This document shows, piece by piece, positions 1-10,648 of a stretch of DNA of 64,000 nt (within the stretch, counting starts at the first letter, position 1; every line of letters starts with the position of its first letter). Origin of the DNA: Methanomicrobiales archaeon (lineage in GTDB: Archaea > Halobacteriota > Methanomicrobia > Methanomicrobiales > Methanospirillaceae). Made by a program: the position numbers and the translations under genes. The stretch covers positions 1 through 64,000 of the forward strand of contig JBAXJR010000008.1 of NCBI GenBank assembly GCA_037137755.1. The letters run 5' to 3'. Under the pieces are notes generated by a model, which did not search any database, had not been told where the DNA came from, and worked only from the letters and a program-made list of their open reading frames with translations.

Positions 1-37
1 TCATTGCGGTCGTACCATGGTCGATCCCGATATACAT
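1..37 (-). CDS. 5' fragment of methanogenesis marker protein 12 (UPF0285 family); runs off the window edge
   Basis: Reverse complement of 1-37 translates to MYIGIDHGTTAM, matching the recalled N-terminus of this family (M-x-IGIDHGTTAMRF). Confidence 0.7.
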   Translation of the reverse strand, partial: MYIGIDHGTTAM

Positions 38-74
38 AGCAGTAATCCTATAGCATTAGGCTCCCTATTATGTT

Positions 75-1019
75 ATGATGTTGTGTGTCGTTACGGGCGG
101 GGCCGGATTCATCGGTTCACACCTCGTGGACGCGCTGGTCGCCAGGGGCGATCGCGTGGTTGTTATCGATTCGCTGGTGAACGGTGAGCGCCGGAATATT
201 GCAGGCCATATTGACGATGGCGGGGTAACACTTGTCCAGGCAGACCTCCTGCGTGATGGATGGCAGGACGCACTGACCGGGGTGAAACGAGTGTACCACC
301 TCGCTGCAGACCCGGATGTACGGCAGGGATCGCTGACACCCGACAGCCAGATACACAATAATATCCTTGGCACCTATCGTATACTCGAAGCGATGCGTGC
401 ACACAAGGTGCCTGAGATCGTATTCACTTCCACCTCAACGGTGTATGGCGATGCCACGGTTATACCAACGCCGGAGTCCTATAACCCGCTTGAACCGGTC
501 TCTGTGTACGGGGCAAGTAAGCTCGCGTGCGAGGCCCTGATCTCGTCATATTGCCATGGGTTTGGCATGAAAGGATGGGTCTACCGGTTTGCAAATATCA
601 TTGGGGAGCGGAGCAACCACGGGGTAATCACGGATTTTATTAAAAAACTGAAAGACAAGCCCGGGGAACTCGAGATCCTCGGGGATGGCAGGCAGACCAA
701 GTCATACCTGGAAGTGAAGGCTTGTGTCAGGGCGATGTTGTTTGCCGCTGAAAAATCTGATGATGTGCTAAATATTTTCAATATCGGTTCCGAGGACTGG
801 GTAGATGTTACGACAATTGCGGACATCATCGTGCGTGAGATGGGCCTCACCCACGTGAAATATCACTTCACCGGCGGTGAACGTGGCTGGGTTGGTGATG
901 TCCCCCGGATGCAACTCGCGGTAACGAAACTAAAGGCGCTCGGCTGGAAGCCGGACACAGGGTCTCTTGAAAGCGTAGAGGTTGCTGTACAGGCAATGCT
1001 GGGAAAAACAGGGAAATAG
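75..1019 (+). CDS. NAD-dependent nucleotide-sugar epimerase/dehydratase (extended SDR, GalE-like)
   Basis: TGGAGFIG Rossmann motif, STSTVYG and YGASK catalytic motif. Confidence 0.9.
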   Translation: MMLCVVTGGAGFIGSHLVDALVARGDRVVVIDSLVNGERRNIAGHIDDGGVTLVQADLLRDGWQDALTGVKRVYHLAADPDVRQGSLTPDSQIHNNILGTYRILEAMRAHKVPEIVFTSTSTVYGDATVIPTPESYNPLEPVSVYGASKLACEALISSYCHGFGMKGWVYRFANIIGERSNHGVITDFIKKLKDKPGELEILGDGRQTKSYLEVKACVRAMLFAAEKSDDVLNIFNIGSEDWVDVTTIADIIVREMGLTHVKYHFTGGERGWVGDVPRMQLAVTKLKALGWKPDTGSLESVEVAVQAMLGKTGK

Positions 1020-1037
1020 AGCGGGAGATTTTACGAT

Positions 1038-2189
1038 ATGAAGTATTTACTCGTCCTCGGGGATGGCATGGCCGATGAGCCTTTGGCCGAACTCGGCGGT
1101 ATGACACCGCTTGAATATGCAAAAACACCTAATATGGACAGGATCGCACGGGAAGGTGCATGTGGCATGCTCCGTACCATACCCGAAGGTTTTGAACCCG
1201 GCAGCGATATCGCGAACCTTTCCGTGCTTGGCTATGATCCAAGGCTTTACTATACCGGTCGTGGCCCGCTCGAATCAATGAGCATGGGGATCCCGCTCAG
1301 GGACGATGATGTTGCGTACCGTTGCAATATTTCAACCGTGGTTGATGGGCGGATGGACGATTTTTCAGCCGGACATATCTCAACAAGAGAGAGCCGCGAC
1401 CTGCTGGAGTCGTTGGCGGAAAAGGTACCGTATGTGTTCCTCAAAGAAGGGATCAGCTACAGGAACCTCCTCGTGATCAGTCATGGAAAAGGATCAGAAA
1501 CCACACCACCTCACGATATTGTCGGGCAGGATATCGCCCCGTACCTCCCTTCCGGCGGGGATGCAGATATCCTCAGGCGCTGTATCGACGAGAGCACCCG
1601 GGTTTTTTTAAACCACCCCGTTAATAAGGCCCGAATTACCACAGGAAAAACGCCGGCGACCCAGGTATGGCCATGGAGCGGGGGAAAACGACCAGCCCTG
1701 CCATTATTCAAGGATAAATACGGAAAAAAAGGCGGGATGATCTCGGCAGTGGACCTCCTTAACGGGATTGCCCGGTGTGCCGGGATGGAGGTGGTCAGGG
1801 TACCAGGGGCGACCGGGTACCTAGACACGGATTACCATGCAAAGGCCCGATACGCAATTGAAGCGCTCAAACACCTTGATTTTCTCTATCTCCATGTGGA
1901 GGCACCTGACGAGGCAGGTCACCTTGGTAGTGTCGATGAAAAAGTAAGAGCAATCGAAAGGGTTGATGAAATGCTCGGGATAATTATGGAAGAGTTTTCC
2001 GGGGTTATTGCCATATTACCCGACCACCCGACCCCAATCAGGTTAAAAACCCATACAAGTGACCCTGTACCGTTTGCTGTCAGGGGACTGAAAAAAGACG
2101 ATACGAAGCGATATTCAGAGCGGGAAGCACAATCCGGCACATATGGCACAATCAATGCCATTGATCTTCTATCCCTGCTCTTTTCATAA
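1038..2189 (+). CDS. apgM: Cofactor-independent phosphoglycerate mutase, archaeal type
   Basis: LGDGMAD, PGSDIANL (catalytic Ser), EAPDEAGH and PDHPTP metal-binding motifs. Confidence 0.88.
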   Translation: MKYLLVLGDGMADEPLAELGGMTPLEYAKTPNMDRIAREGACGMLRTIPEGFEPGSDIANLSVLGYDPRLYYTGRGPLESMSMGIPLRDDDVAYRCNISTVVDGRMDDFSAGHISTRESRDLLESLAEKVPYVFLKEGISYRNLLVISHGKGSETTPPHDIVGQDIAPYLPSGGDADILRRCIDESTRVFLNHPVNKARITTGKTPATQVWPWSGGKRPALPLFKDKYGKKGGMISAVDLLNGIARCAGMEVVRVPGATGYLDTDYHAKARYAIEALKHLDFLYLHVEAPDEAGHLGSVDEKVRAIERVDEMLGIIMEEFSGVIAILPDHPTPIRLKTHTSDPVPFAVRGLKKDDTKRYSEREAQSGTYGTINAIDLLSLLFS

Positions 2190-2342
2190 TTTTTTGTTGA
2201 ATACGGCATCAGGCCCCTGCATCATCACGAATCAGTGGGGGTAACTTTCATCATCTGCCGGGAAATGTTTAAATACATCTGATTTAGTTTTGATTAAATT
2301 TGCTGTAAACATTCCAGCTTATTATGAATTAAAATTGAATAC

Positions 2343-4925
2343 TTATTTACTTATCACAACAATGAGATTTTTCTGAATGGAGGCATTACCCACAATTGTA
2401 CCATTTGAAACATCGTTTTTCATTACCGATAGAATAACCGTATAATTACCAGGATAGCGGTAGGTATGGACTGGATTTGGCCCTGTCATGTTGACCCCGT
2501 CACCGAAATCATAATTGTAAAAAGTCGGGTTTCCTGCGGACTGATCGGTGAAAAAGACCGTTAATGGTGCTGATCCGTTCACCGGGCCAGCAGTGAAATT
2601 CGCGACCGGCAGCACGAAGGGGGCCTGCCCAACCGTGACGATATTCGCCATCTTAGTGTTATTGGCGATAACCGAATGGGATGAACTACTATATTTCGTG
2701 ATAGTCAGGGTGATGTTGTAGGTGCCCGGGAAACGGTAGATATGCACCGGGTTGGGTCCTGCCTCACTGATACCGTCCCCAAAGTCGTATATGTACCGTG
2801 TGGGATTGCCGACGGATTTATCAGTGCATTTCACGGTCAGTGGAGCGGTCCCGGTAACCGGAGAGACAATGAAATTCGCAAGGAATGTAGGTTTGAGAGA
2901 GGCATTGACCCTGATAGGCGCGGATCTGGAAGCCGAGCCTGAATCATTTGACACAGTAAGAGTGATATTGAATGTCTGATTCGTGCTGGTGGTGAATACA
3001 TGAACCGGGTTGGTCTCGGTGCTGTTGACACTCCCATCCCCGAAATCCCACTGATATGCCAAGGGGGGAGGACCTGTGGATGAATCGGTAAACTGGACAG
3101 TCAATGGTGAGAAACCTGATGTGGAACTCGCAGAAAAATTAACCGTCAGATTGGCAGGCGGGATATATGATACTGCCCGTGACAGGTTCAGTCTTCCCCC
3201 GGTTGTGCATTTCCCCGCAAACCCGGGAATGGGATCAACGGTATTCAGGATCGCAGAGCGGAGTTCCTGGCAGGTATAATCAGGATGTTGCGATAGTACC
3301 AGGGCAGCTGCCCCGGCGACACAGGGCGTGGCCATCGATGTCCCGGATTTGTAGACATAGGACTCTTGTGCGGTACCTGTATCCCCAATCATGAGATTAT
3401 CGATCCAGAACCCGTCATGGTTGGTATCTTTGTAGACCATATCCAGAGATACCCGGATGTATATGGGTTTATCACAAAATTCCTCAGGAATTGTCCCATA
3501 AATCCAGGTGAACGTTGGATAACTGGTCACTGTAATGTCAGGTATGACGGATACCCAGTGCTCCTCATCTGCAGATACCATCAAATCCAGGATCGCTCCC
3601 CTGACCGGGTTGTAATCTTCCACCAAATACATCCCTATAATAGGGCTTGTACAATTCGAAAATGATACAGGCTCCTTTAACGTCAGATTCAATTTTTTAC
3701 CCTGAATGAAAGGACCGGAATAGAGACTGTACGGCGGACTTACCCACCTGGATGAATTGAGTTCCCAGGGCCCTTCAATGGTCCAGTTATCAAGTGATGT
3801 AAAGGGTTCATAATATACAGGCCGATCAATAGGTGTAACCGGCCTGATAGAGCAGCTGAGGATATTTTCCCCCGGGGCGGCCAGTTGAACCGTCTTATTC
3901 CCGTAATTGCTATTAGGCCATCTGTCATCGGTGAGGGATGATGCCGCCACGGATATAATATTTAATGAAGGATATGAAGCCGGATAGAGAGGGTGGATAT
4001 CATTATCCTCATCTTCATTTCCTGCAGCACAAACGTTCAATACCCCGGTGATTTCTATTGCTTCCCGTAAGGGGGGGCTGTTGTCATAATCACCCCACGA
4101 ATTGCTGATAATATCTGCACCATGATTTTTTGCCCAGAGAATACCCTTGACGCAATCTGACGTGGGTCCACGCATCTTGTTGTCCAATACTTTTATCCCC
4201 ATGACCCGGGCATTCCAGGAGACTCCCGCGATACCCCGCGAATTGTTTCCTACTGCTGCAATAATCCCTGCGCAGTGTGTTCCGTGTCCGTTGTCATCCA
4301 TTGGATCACCTGAGTCATTGATAACGTTGTATCCATGAGCACCTGTTTCCGGATCGGTCCACATATTCGGTGCCAGATCAGGATGGTCATACTGTACGCC
4401 GGTATCTACAACTGCGACTATTACCTCACTGCTTCCCGTTCCGGAATCCCAGGCAGACGGTGCTGAAATATCTGCACCTGGCGTCCCTTTAAACTGCCCC
4501 CGGTTCTGTAATCCCCACTGATTTGAAAACAACGGGTCATCCGGGATTGTGAGTCCTTTCTGGATATAATTCAGTGATGTATACCTGATCAAAGGCTCGT
4601 TTGCAAGTCCCGCCTGCAGTTCCGGAAGTCCCTGGTCAGGGCTGGCCCGTACCAATTGTAAACCCGTAAGACCCCATTCTGAATAATCTGTAACCAGGAG
4701 AAGGTTGTAGCGGGTATTGATCCGGTTACTTAACACGTCCAGGTCGGAGATATTTTGATCACCAAACCCTGTAGCACCGGTATTATACCGGATGAATAGT
4801 TCTCCGGGAACAAATTCACCATTCATGGTGTCGGGAGGAACAGGTACTGCTTCAACTGTTAAAATACATAATATTCCGAATAAAATTATCAAAAGAAGCA
4901 ATTCCGCGTATCCTAATCGTTTCAA
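2343..4925 (-). CDS. Secreted S8 subtilisin-like serine protease with an inserted beta-sandwich domain and three C-terminal PKD domains
   Basis: Signal peptide; triad motifs VVDTG, HGTHCAG and GTSMATP; about 160 aa inserted before the Ser motif; three W/YDFGDG PKD repeats. Confidence 0.92.
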   Translation of the reverse strand: MKRLGYAELLLLIILFGILCILTVEAVPVPPDTMNGEFVPGELFIRYNTGATGFGDQNISDLDVLSNRINTRYNLLLVTDYSEWGLTGLQLVRASPDQGLPELQAGLANEPLIRYTSLNYIQKGLTIPDDPLFSNQWGLQNRGQFKGTPGADISAPSAWDSGTGSSEVIVAVVDTGVQYDHPDLAPNMWTDPETGAHGYNVINDSGDPMDDNGHGTHCAGIIAAVGNNSRGIAGVSWNARVMGIKVLDNKMRGPTSDCVKGILWAKNHGADIISNSWGDYDNSPPLREAIEITGVLNVCAAGNEDEDNDIHPLYPASYPSLNIISVAASSLTDDRWPNSNYGNKTVQLAAPGENILSCSIRPVTPIDRPVYYEPFTSLDNWTIEGPWELNSSRWVSPPYSLYSGPFIQGKKLNLTLKEPVSFSNCTSPIIGMYLVEDYNPVRGAILDLMVSADEEHWVSVIPDITVTSYPTFTWIYGTIPEEFCDKPIYIRVSLDMVYKDTNHDGFWIDNLMIGDTGTAQESYVYKSGTSMATPCVAGAAALVLSQHPDYTCQELRSAILNTVDPIPGFAGKCTTGGRLNLSRAVSYIPPANLTVNFSASSTSGFSPLTVQFTDSSTGPPPLAYQWDFGDGSVNSTETNPVHVFTTSTNQTFNITLTVSNDSGSASRSAPIRVNASLKPTFLANFIVSPVTGTAPLTVKCTDKSVGNPTRYIYDFGDGISEAGPNPVHIYRFPGTYNITLTITKYSSSSHSVIANNTKMANIVTVGQAPFVLPVANFTAGPVNGSAPLTVFFTDQSAGNPTFYNYDFGDGVNMTGPNPVHTYRYPGNYTVILSVMKNDVSNGTIVGNASIQKNLIVVISK

Positions 4926-5471
4926 ATGGACCCTACCTCGACAATCGTGTATTTACGCACTTGAGGTTATCCTGCAATAAGTATTTCGTTTTAACCGGAT
5001 TAATGAGGATTCAAGTGTGTAACAAGGATTTTTTACTCCGAAACTGTTAGTTATTGCGTTCTTGTGTTGGTGCAGGAAAAAAACTTATAGTGATAGAATA
5101 CTGGGAGGGGGATCGATTCCATCTATATCTTTGCCGGGGCGATCTTGCTCCTCACATTTCTTCCTTCCTGGTTGCTGGTGCTCCGGGGCAGGTGGCTGGT
5201 ACCTCCGCCGGGAACAGAAAAGACGTAAAACTATCCTGAAAGAACGGGGAATAACACGTTGGCGACCTGGAACAGGTAACATTTCGGTTCTGTATCCCTC
5301 TGCTTGTCCCCCAAAATCTAAGTTTCCTAAAAAAAGCCCGGGATCCCAGGCTTCCCCGCTGCCATTGTTAGACCTTATAGATTAAACAGCCTGAATTGGT
5401 TAAAAACAGGTGATTTAGTTACATTAATCTAACCCGGACTCTTATTAAATTAAAAGAGAGATGGGCTGGAA

Positions 5472-6776
5472 ATGCGGTATTTGGATCTGCACCGAAATTT
5501 GGTAATTTTTGTAATCCTTTGTATAACCATGGGATTCTGCATCAACCCCTGCCTGGCAGGGGAGCGGTATATGTCAGGCGGGCCTGAGCTTTTTGTTTCC
5601 CTTGATTCGAGCGACGAACTGGTCCCCGGGAACACCGTGGAACTACCGCTTGTCATCGGGAACAAGGGTAAAGACACGATGGAGCTCTACAATTATTACA
5701 CTATCCAGCCGGAATATCTCCCAACAACGGCAAAATTTGCGACGGTGATGCTCCTGCCAGGCAATGCACCGGTGAAGGTACGATCAAATCCCCAGATTAT
5801 CGGGGATGTCCCGTCCGGTGCCGTCGTCCCTGCAGAATTTATGGTGGAGATCCCCGAGGACGCAAAGGCAGGCCTTTACACGATGCAGGCCAGGATTACC
5901 TACCAGTATGTCCCGATGGCAGAACAACAAAGTACCACAGAGATCGAGTATTATTTCAAGGACGATGTAACGGTCCTTCCGGTGCCGGTCGTTGTCAGGA
6001 AAATGGTAATTTTATCGGTGGACCATGTTGAAAGTGACAACTTATTTGCCGGCAGTGACGGGTATGTCAGGTTCACCATCAGGAATACCGGCCAGGACAG
6101 GGGGAACCAGACATCGGTCTACCTTACACCAGAAGGTGCAAGCCCGCTCGTGCCGTACAGCAATGGTGTATTTATCGGCGAACTTCCCCCCGGTGGAAAG
6201 GCAAACCCAGGTTTTAAAATTGCAGTCTCTGCTGACGCAGACCCGTCACAGATCTACCCTGTTTCCCTGTATGCAGTCTACCGTGACTTCGAAGGAAATA
6301 CCGTCACATCACCCCCGGTGAGCACCGGCGTGACCTTTGGCGGAAAGGTAACGTTTGGGCGGACCAGTGTGCCCTCCATTATCAACCCGGGAAAGACCGA
6401 CATTGTGAGTGTTACCTATAAAAATACAGGGAATTTTACGGTCTATAATGCCCAGGCCCGCATCAGCGTTGTCGACCCGTTTTCAAGTGATGATGACACG
6501 GCATACCTTGGCGACATGGGCCCGGGGCAGTCAGCCACGGCATTATTCAGTGTGAAAGCTGATCCAGGGACAACAATCAAGACCTACTCAGCGGATTCCG
6601 AAGTGCAGTATACCGACGCATCAAACAACGCCTATACCTCTGACAACATCCCGGTACTTATCGATGTCCAGCCGGATTCGGGTACCGGGATAATTGTAAT
6701 TGGCCTGCTCATTCTGATCATCGCCGTTGGGGCGTACCTCTGGCACCGAAAGAAAAAGGCGCCAGGTATGAAGTGA
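5472..6776 (+). CDS. COG1361 S-layer-domain (Ig-like repeat) membrane-anchored protein
   Basis: Signal peptide, repeated N-x-G...G-(D/E)-L-x-PG Ig-like units, C-terminal TM helix plus basic tail. Confidence 0.8.
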   Translation: MRYLDLHRNLVIFVILCITMGFCINPCLAGERYMSGGPELFVSLDSSDELVPGNTVELPLVIGNKGKDTMELYNYYTIQPEYLPTTAKFATVMLLPGNAPVKVRSNPQIIGDVPSGAVVPAEFMVEIPEDAKAGLYTMQARITYQYVPMAEQQSTTEIEYYFKDDVTVLPVPVVVRKMVILSVDHVESDNLFAGSDGYVRFTIRNTGQDRGNQTSVYLTPEGASPLVPYSNGVFIGELPPGGKANPGFKIAVSADADPSQIYPVSLYAVYRDFEGNTVTSPPVSTGVTFGGKVTFGRTSVPSIINPGKTDIVSVTYKNTGNFTVYNAQARISVVDPFSSDDDTAYLGDMGPGQSATALFSVKADPGTTIKTYSADSEVQYTDASNNAYTSDNIPVLIDVQPDSGTGIIVIGLLILIIAVGAYLWHRKKKAPGMK

Positions 6777-8134
6777 GGAGACCCATGACTCTTACCCTCC
6801 AGGTTCCAAGGGTACATCAACCAGGTATACCCTTGGTTGTGGTCTCCTGCCTTTTCCTCGCTCTTCTCATCTGTTGTACCCCGGTCCATGCAGTCGGGTA
6901 CATCTATCTCGATACCGGTGAACAACCGGCACTTGCTGCCCATGCAGAGGGGGAGACCCGGTATTTCCCGGGAGACCAGTTTGAGATGACCGTTATCCTG
7001 ACGAATAAAGGCAGGGATACGGCAATGGAGGTAGCACCGCTCCTGGCACAGGGGGCCTACGACCCGAGTACCGCACTTGGGGTCACGGTCTCGCCCCGTA
7101 TCACAGAAGCCCCGGTCACGCTGAAAAGTCTGCCCGTGATGGCAGGAGACATTGGTTCCTGGGACCAGGTGCCGGTCACATTACAGGGCGTCGTTCGGCA
7201 GGATGCATTGCCGGGCATTTATGTGATCCTTCTCGATACGGCCTACAATTACGTATATGCAATACCCATGGTAGGCGCGGATTTTACCACAATCACCCCG
7301 CTCTACCATCAGAAGGTGCAGGTCCTTCCCGTTCCATTCCGTGTCCTCGGGGAGGTCCGACCGGTAGTGATCAGTGACAAATCAGAGAATATAGTGCCCG
7401 GTACCCAGGGGTACCTGACGGCAGAGATCATAAATATCGGCCATGCTACTGGAAACGAGGTCATGTTCAGCATCGTACCATCCGATAACGTTACATTCCA
7501 GGTCGTGGACGAGAGTGTGTTCCTAGGGAAGTTCGGCCCCGGGGATGTAGCACCGGTAAGGGCGAGGATAGCCGTAAAAGATCATACCGCAGCCGGATCA
7601 TACCCTGCCACCCTGGAAGGCCAGTACCGTGATGCCGATGGAGTGGTCCGGACAACCCCGCCGGTCCCCATCGGCATCACCGTTTCAAAGGGTGCGGTTA
7701 TCGAATCGGTGACGAAAAACATTACAATCGGACCTGGCGAAACAGAGACGATAACAGTAACCTACAAAAACAGCGGTGACACCCCGGCAGTAAATGCAGA
7801 GGCAAGGATTATAGGTAACCAGGTGCTTGTACCGAAGTCGGATACCGCATCTCTCGGTCTTTTCCTTCCCGGTGAAACAAAAAGCGTGCAGTTCGTTATT
7901 TCCGCAAAAGAATCCGCTATTCAGGGAAAACAGTATGTCATCAATACCGAAGTAAAATACCGTGACAACCTTGGTGCCCTAATGTTGTCGGACGAGATGA
8001 GTTTCGGGGCAGATATCCAATCCCCTACAGGGACCAGGGCAATAACGCAGAACCCGGTGGCACTGGTCATAATAATCGGGACACTCGCAATTGTCGTTTA
8101 TGTTGCCTGGAAATTACGGAGAAGGAAAGCATAG
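6773..8134 (+). CDS. COG1361 S-layer-domain membrane-anchored protein, paralogue of the upstream gene
   Basis: Same architecture and motifs (NKGRDT, PTTA/PSTA, YKN-x-G, AxARI); overlaps the upstream stop; the true start may be ATG 6785. Confidence 0.8.
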   Translation: MRRPMTLTLQVPRVHQPGIPLVVVSCLFLALLICCTPVHAVGYIYLDTGEQPALAAHAEGETRYFPGDQFEMTVILTNKGRDTAMEVAPLLAQGAYDPSTALGVTVSPRITEAPVTLKSLPVMAGDIGSWDQVPVTLQGVVRQDALPGIYVILLDTAYNYVYAIPMVGADFTTITPLYHQKVQVLPVPFRVLGEVRPVVISDKSENIVPGTQGYLTAEIINIGHATGNEVMFSIVPSDNVTFQVVDESVFLGKFGPGDVAPVRARIAVKDHTAAGSYPATLEGQYRDADGVVRTTPPVPIGITVSKGAVIESVTKNITIGPGETETITVTYKNSGDTPAVNAEARIIGNQVLVPKSDTASLGLFLPGETKSVQFVISAKESAIQGKQYVINTEVKYRDNLGALMLSDEMSFGADIQSPTGTRAITQNPVALVIIIGTLAIVVYVAWKLRRRKA

Positions 8135-8182
8135 GGGACGCTTTAATAGGGATGAAAGGATGAGAGCAGAACTACCAGTTCC

Positions 8183-8197
8183 TTTTTTTAAAAAAAA
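8183..8197. terminator. Bidirectional T-tract/A-tract terminator between convergent genes
   Basis: T7 followed by A8 between the convergent COG1361 and RND genes. Confidence 0.5.
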
Positions 8198-8215
8198 CCA
8201 CCATCCTACTCACAC

Positions 8216-10444
8216 TCACAGAGCAGATCGCCGTTCTCCGAGGCCCCCAACCAGGGTCAGGATGGCCGGCATGACGATGACAGCCCCAAGCAGCGAGAAA
8301 AGAACGACGATCACCGTGGCGAGCCCGAACCCGGAGATGATCGGGAACGATGACAACATGAGTGCTGAGAAACCTGCCGCGGTTACTAGGCCGGAAACAG
8401 TCACGGCGGTTCCGATCTTCCGTACTGCCAGTTGAATTGACCCAATACGGTCCCCTGACTTCCTGAACTCTTCCATGTACCGCTCCATGATGAGGATGGT
8501 GTATTCAGACCCAACACCGATGGTCATGGAACCGAGGACGGCAGTCAGGATACTGTACTCCTGCCCGAGTGCCACCATTGCCAGCGGGTTCCACCCGATT
8601 ACGCAGATGATCGGCACGAGCGGTGTCAGTGCCACACCTTTCCGGTAGACAAGCAGCAGGAAGACAAATATCAGGACAAAACCGAGGAACGTCATTTTAT
8701 CCTTGTTATCGATGATCTGTTCGGTCAGGATGGTATAGAGGGTAAAGTCCCCGGTCGGGGTGACCTCTGCGCCGGGCGGGGGTTCGAGCCATGCGATCTC
8801 CCGTACCACATTGTCCGAGAACGCACACTGTTCGTTGATCCCCATCGATATCGTGTTGATCGTGATCACCGACGTCGTATCATCGAGCTGGTATAGGTCA
8901 AGCTGGCCAGGGGGGATTGTTGCGAGGACCCGGTCAAGATCGGCCTGGTTGACAGGGAGCACCCCATTGTTGTACGACCGGACCAGAGTAGCCATACTGT
9001 CGATACTGGAGACCTGGTTATAGTTCGTAGCCAGGTCGTTACCCAGTCGGTCCGTCCACCAGATCCCACCCACGGTCTTCGCGTCGATTCCACAGACATA
9101 CAACGGGAGAGGAGTGAGCGACCCGGCCACCGACTGTACCTCGTCGGCGACCACCATTGCAGGCAGGTCCGGGGGCGCCATGGTATTTTCAGAGGCATCG
9201 ACCGGGATCCCCCTGTCCACGATGAGACCAACGGATGCGAGGATAATAGCGACCAGGATAATCGGGGCAGCAACTCTCACTACGCGGGAAGAAATCCACG
9301 TGAGCCCTACATCGTACCCCCTCATGATCAGGTCCGCGATGCCTTTCCCGGGAGGTTTTGGTTCGTACTTAAGCAAATGGGCAAACGCCCCGAAACCGAA
9401 CAGGGATGTAAGGTAACAACAGACAATCCCGAGAATGGAGACCATGGCAAACGTCCGGATCATCGGAATAGGGGTAATAAACATCGCGAAGAACCCGAGG
9501 GATGTCGCCCCGAGCGCGACGAGCACTGATGGCCCGGTCTTCGTGATAGTCTCGGTAAGGGCCGTTGCCCGGTCGCCGCTCAGCCTGCATTCATCGTCAA
9601 ACCGCGAGTGGAACTGGACGGCGTAATCGATGCCAAGCCCCAGCAGGATCGGGAATGCCACGAGTGCCCCGTCGTTTGCCGGGATCCCCATGAGACCCAT
9701 GATCCCGAACGTGTAAAAAAGGCCGAATATCAACAGGACAACAGGGAGGATCCAAAACCGTATCTTCGACCAGAGGAGATACTTGACGATGAGCATCAGT
9801 GCAATGGACCCGATGATCAGGATACTAAAATTCGTGACCATCGCGTCCTCCAGCTGGATGTTGAGCGGGGTATTCCCGGTCACTTCAATTGCTACTCCCG
9901 GGGGGAGCGTGGCTTCCCTGATCGCGGTCTCGACAAACGGTTCGATGTTCTGCGAGGCGTCGGTGGAAACGCCCTGGTCGATGAGGACATAGGCAAGTGC
10001 AGTCTGCCTGTCAGGGACGAACTCCTGCCGGGTCTCCGCTGGCAGGTTGTCGATAATTGCCTGGACCTGGGCACTGGTGCCCGGGATGTTTCCCCCGAAG
10101 TTCGCTGCAACGACATCTGCAATAGAAAGGGTGGAACTGACGCGGTTGATCCGCCCTATTTGTTTTTCAAGGATGAGGAGGTCGTTTAAAAGTTCAGGGT
10201 CGTTCGGGCTGGCTCCCTTGATGAGCAGGATGTAGGTATCCTGACCGTAGCGGTTGTTGTACAGGTTATAGATAATTCCATCGGGAGATTGCTTGTCCAT
10301 GTACTCGTCGGACATTGTCTGGGCCGGGATTGCCGTCATAAAGAACATGGCAATGACGGCAAGAACAAGCATCACGGACAATATCGCCTTTGGATGGCGG
10401 TTTACGATTCCCGCAATACCCCTAAACAGGTCCTCTACCTTCAT
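8216..10444 (-). CDS. RND superfamily (HAE3/MMPL-type) transporter
   Basis: Two internal repeats, each with one TM, an extracellular loop and five TMs; GLGIDYAVQF and GVGSEYTILI motifs. Confidence 0.9.
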   Translation of the reverse strand: MKVEDLFRGIAGIVNRHPKAILSVMLVLAVIAMFFMTAIPAQTMSDEYMDKQSPDGIIYNLYNNRYGQDTYILLIKGASPNDPELLNDLLILEKQIGRINRVSSTLSIADVVAANFGGNIPGTSAQVQAIIDNLPAETRQEFVPDRQTALAYVLIDQGVSTDASQNIEPFVETAIREATLPPGVAIEVTGNTPLNIQLEDAMVTNFSILIIGSIALMLIVKYLLWSKIRFWILPVVLLIFGLFYTFGIMGLMGIPANDGALVAFPILLGLGIDYAVQFHSRFDDECRLSGDRATALTETITKTGPSVLVALGATSLGFFAMFITPIPMIRTFAMVSILGIVCCYLTSLFGFGAFAHLLKYEPKPPGKGIADLIMRGYDVGLTWISSRVVRVAAPIILVAIILASVGLIVDRGIPVDASENTMAPPDLPAMVVADEVQSVAGSLTPLPLYVCGIDAKTVGGIWWTDRLGNDLATNYNQVSSIDSMATLVRSYNNGVLPVNQADLDRVLATIPPGQLDLYQLDDTTSVITINTISMGINEQCAFSDNVVREIAWLEPPPGAEVTPTGDFTLYTILTEQIIDNKDKMTFLGFVLIFVFLLLVYRKGVALTPLVPIICVIGWNPLAMVALGQEYSILTAVLGSMTIGVGSEYTILIMERYMEEFRKSGDRIGSIQLAVRKIGTAVTVSGLVTAAGFSALMLSSFPIISGFGLATVIVVLFSLLGAVIVMPAILTLVGGLGERRSAL

Positions 10445-10648
10445 ACCAGGTGATCCTCACACACTGTTTATCGTCTGGAAACCGCGTTAATTATTTGTTC
10501 TCATTTGTTCGGGTACAAGTAACCCCATAAGAAAACGAACATGTGAACTACTGTAAGGCAGGTGTGCGATAGGTGCTTTAAGCACGCCGGGTGCTGCATT
10601 GTGAATTATCGAAATATAAAAAAAAAATGTTTGCTTTTATTGACCTGA

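Noticed and set aside
5054-5385. Short overlapping ORFs between the subtilase and COG1361 genes
   Set aside because: A hydrophobic stretch and a basic tail occur in different frames and may be a decayed small membrane gene, but there is no recognisable family.
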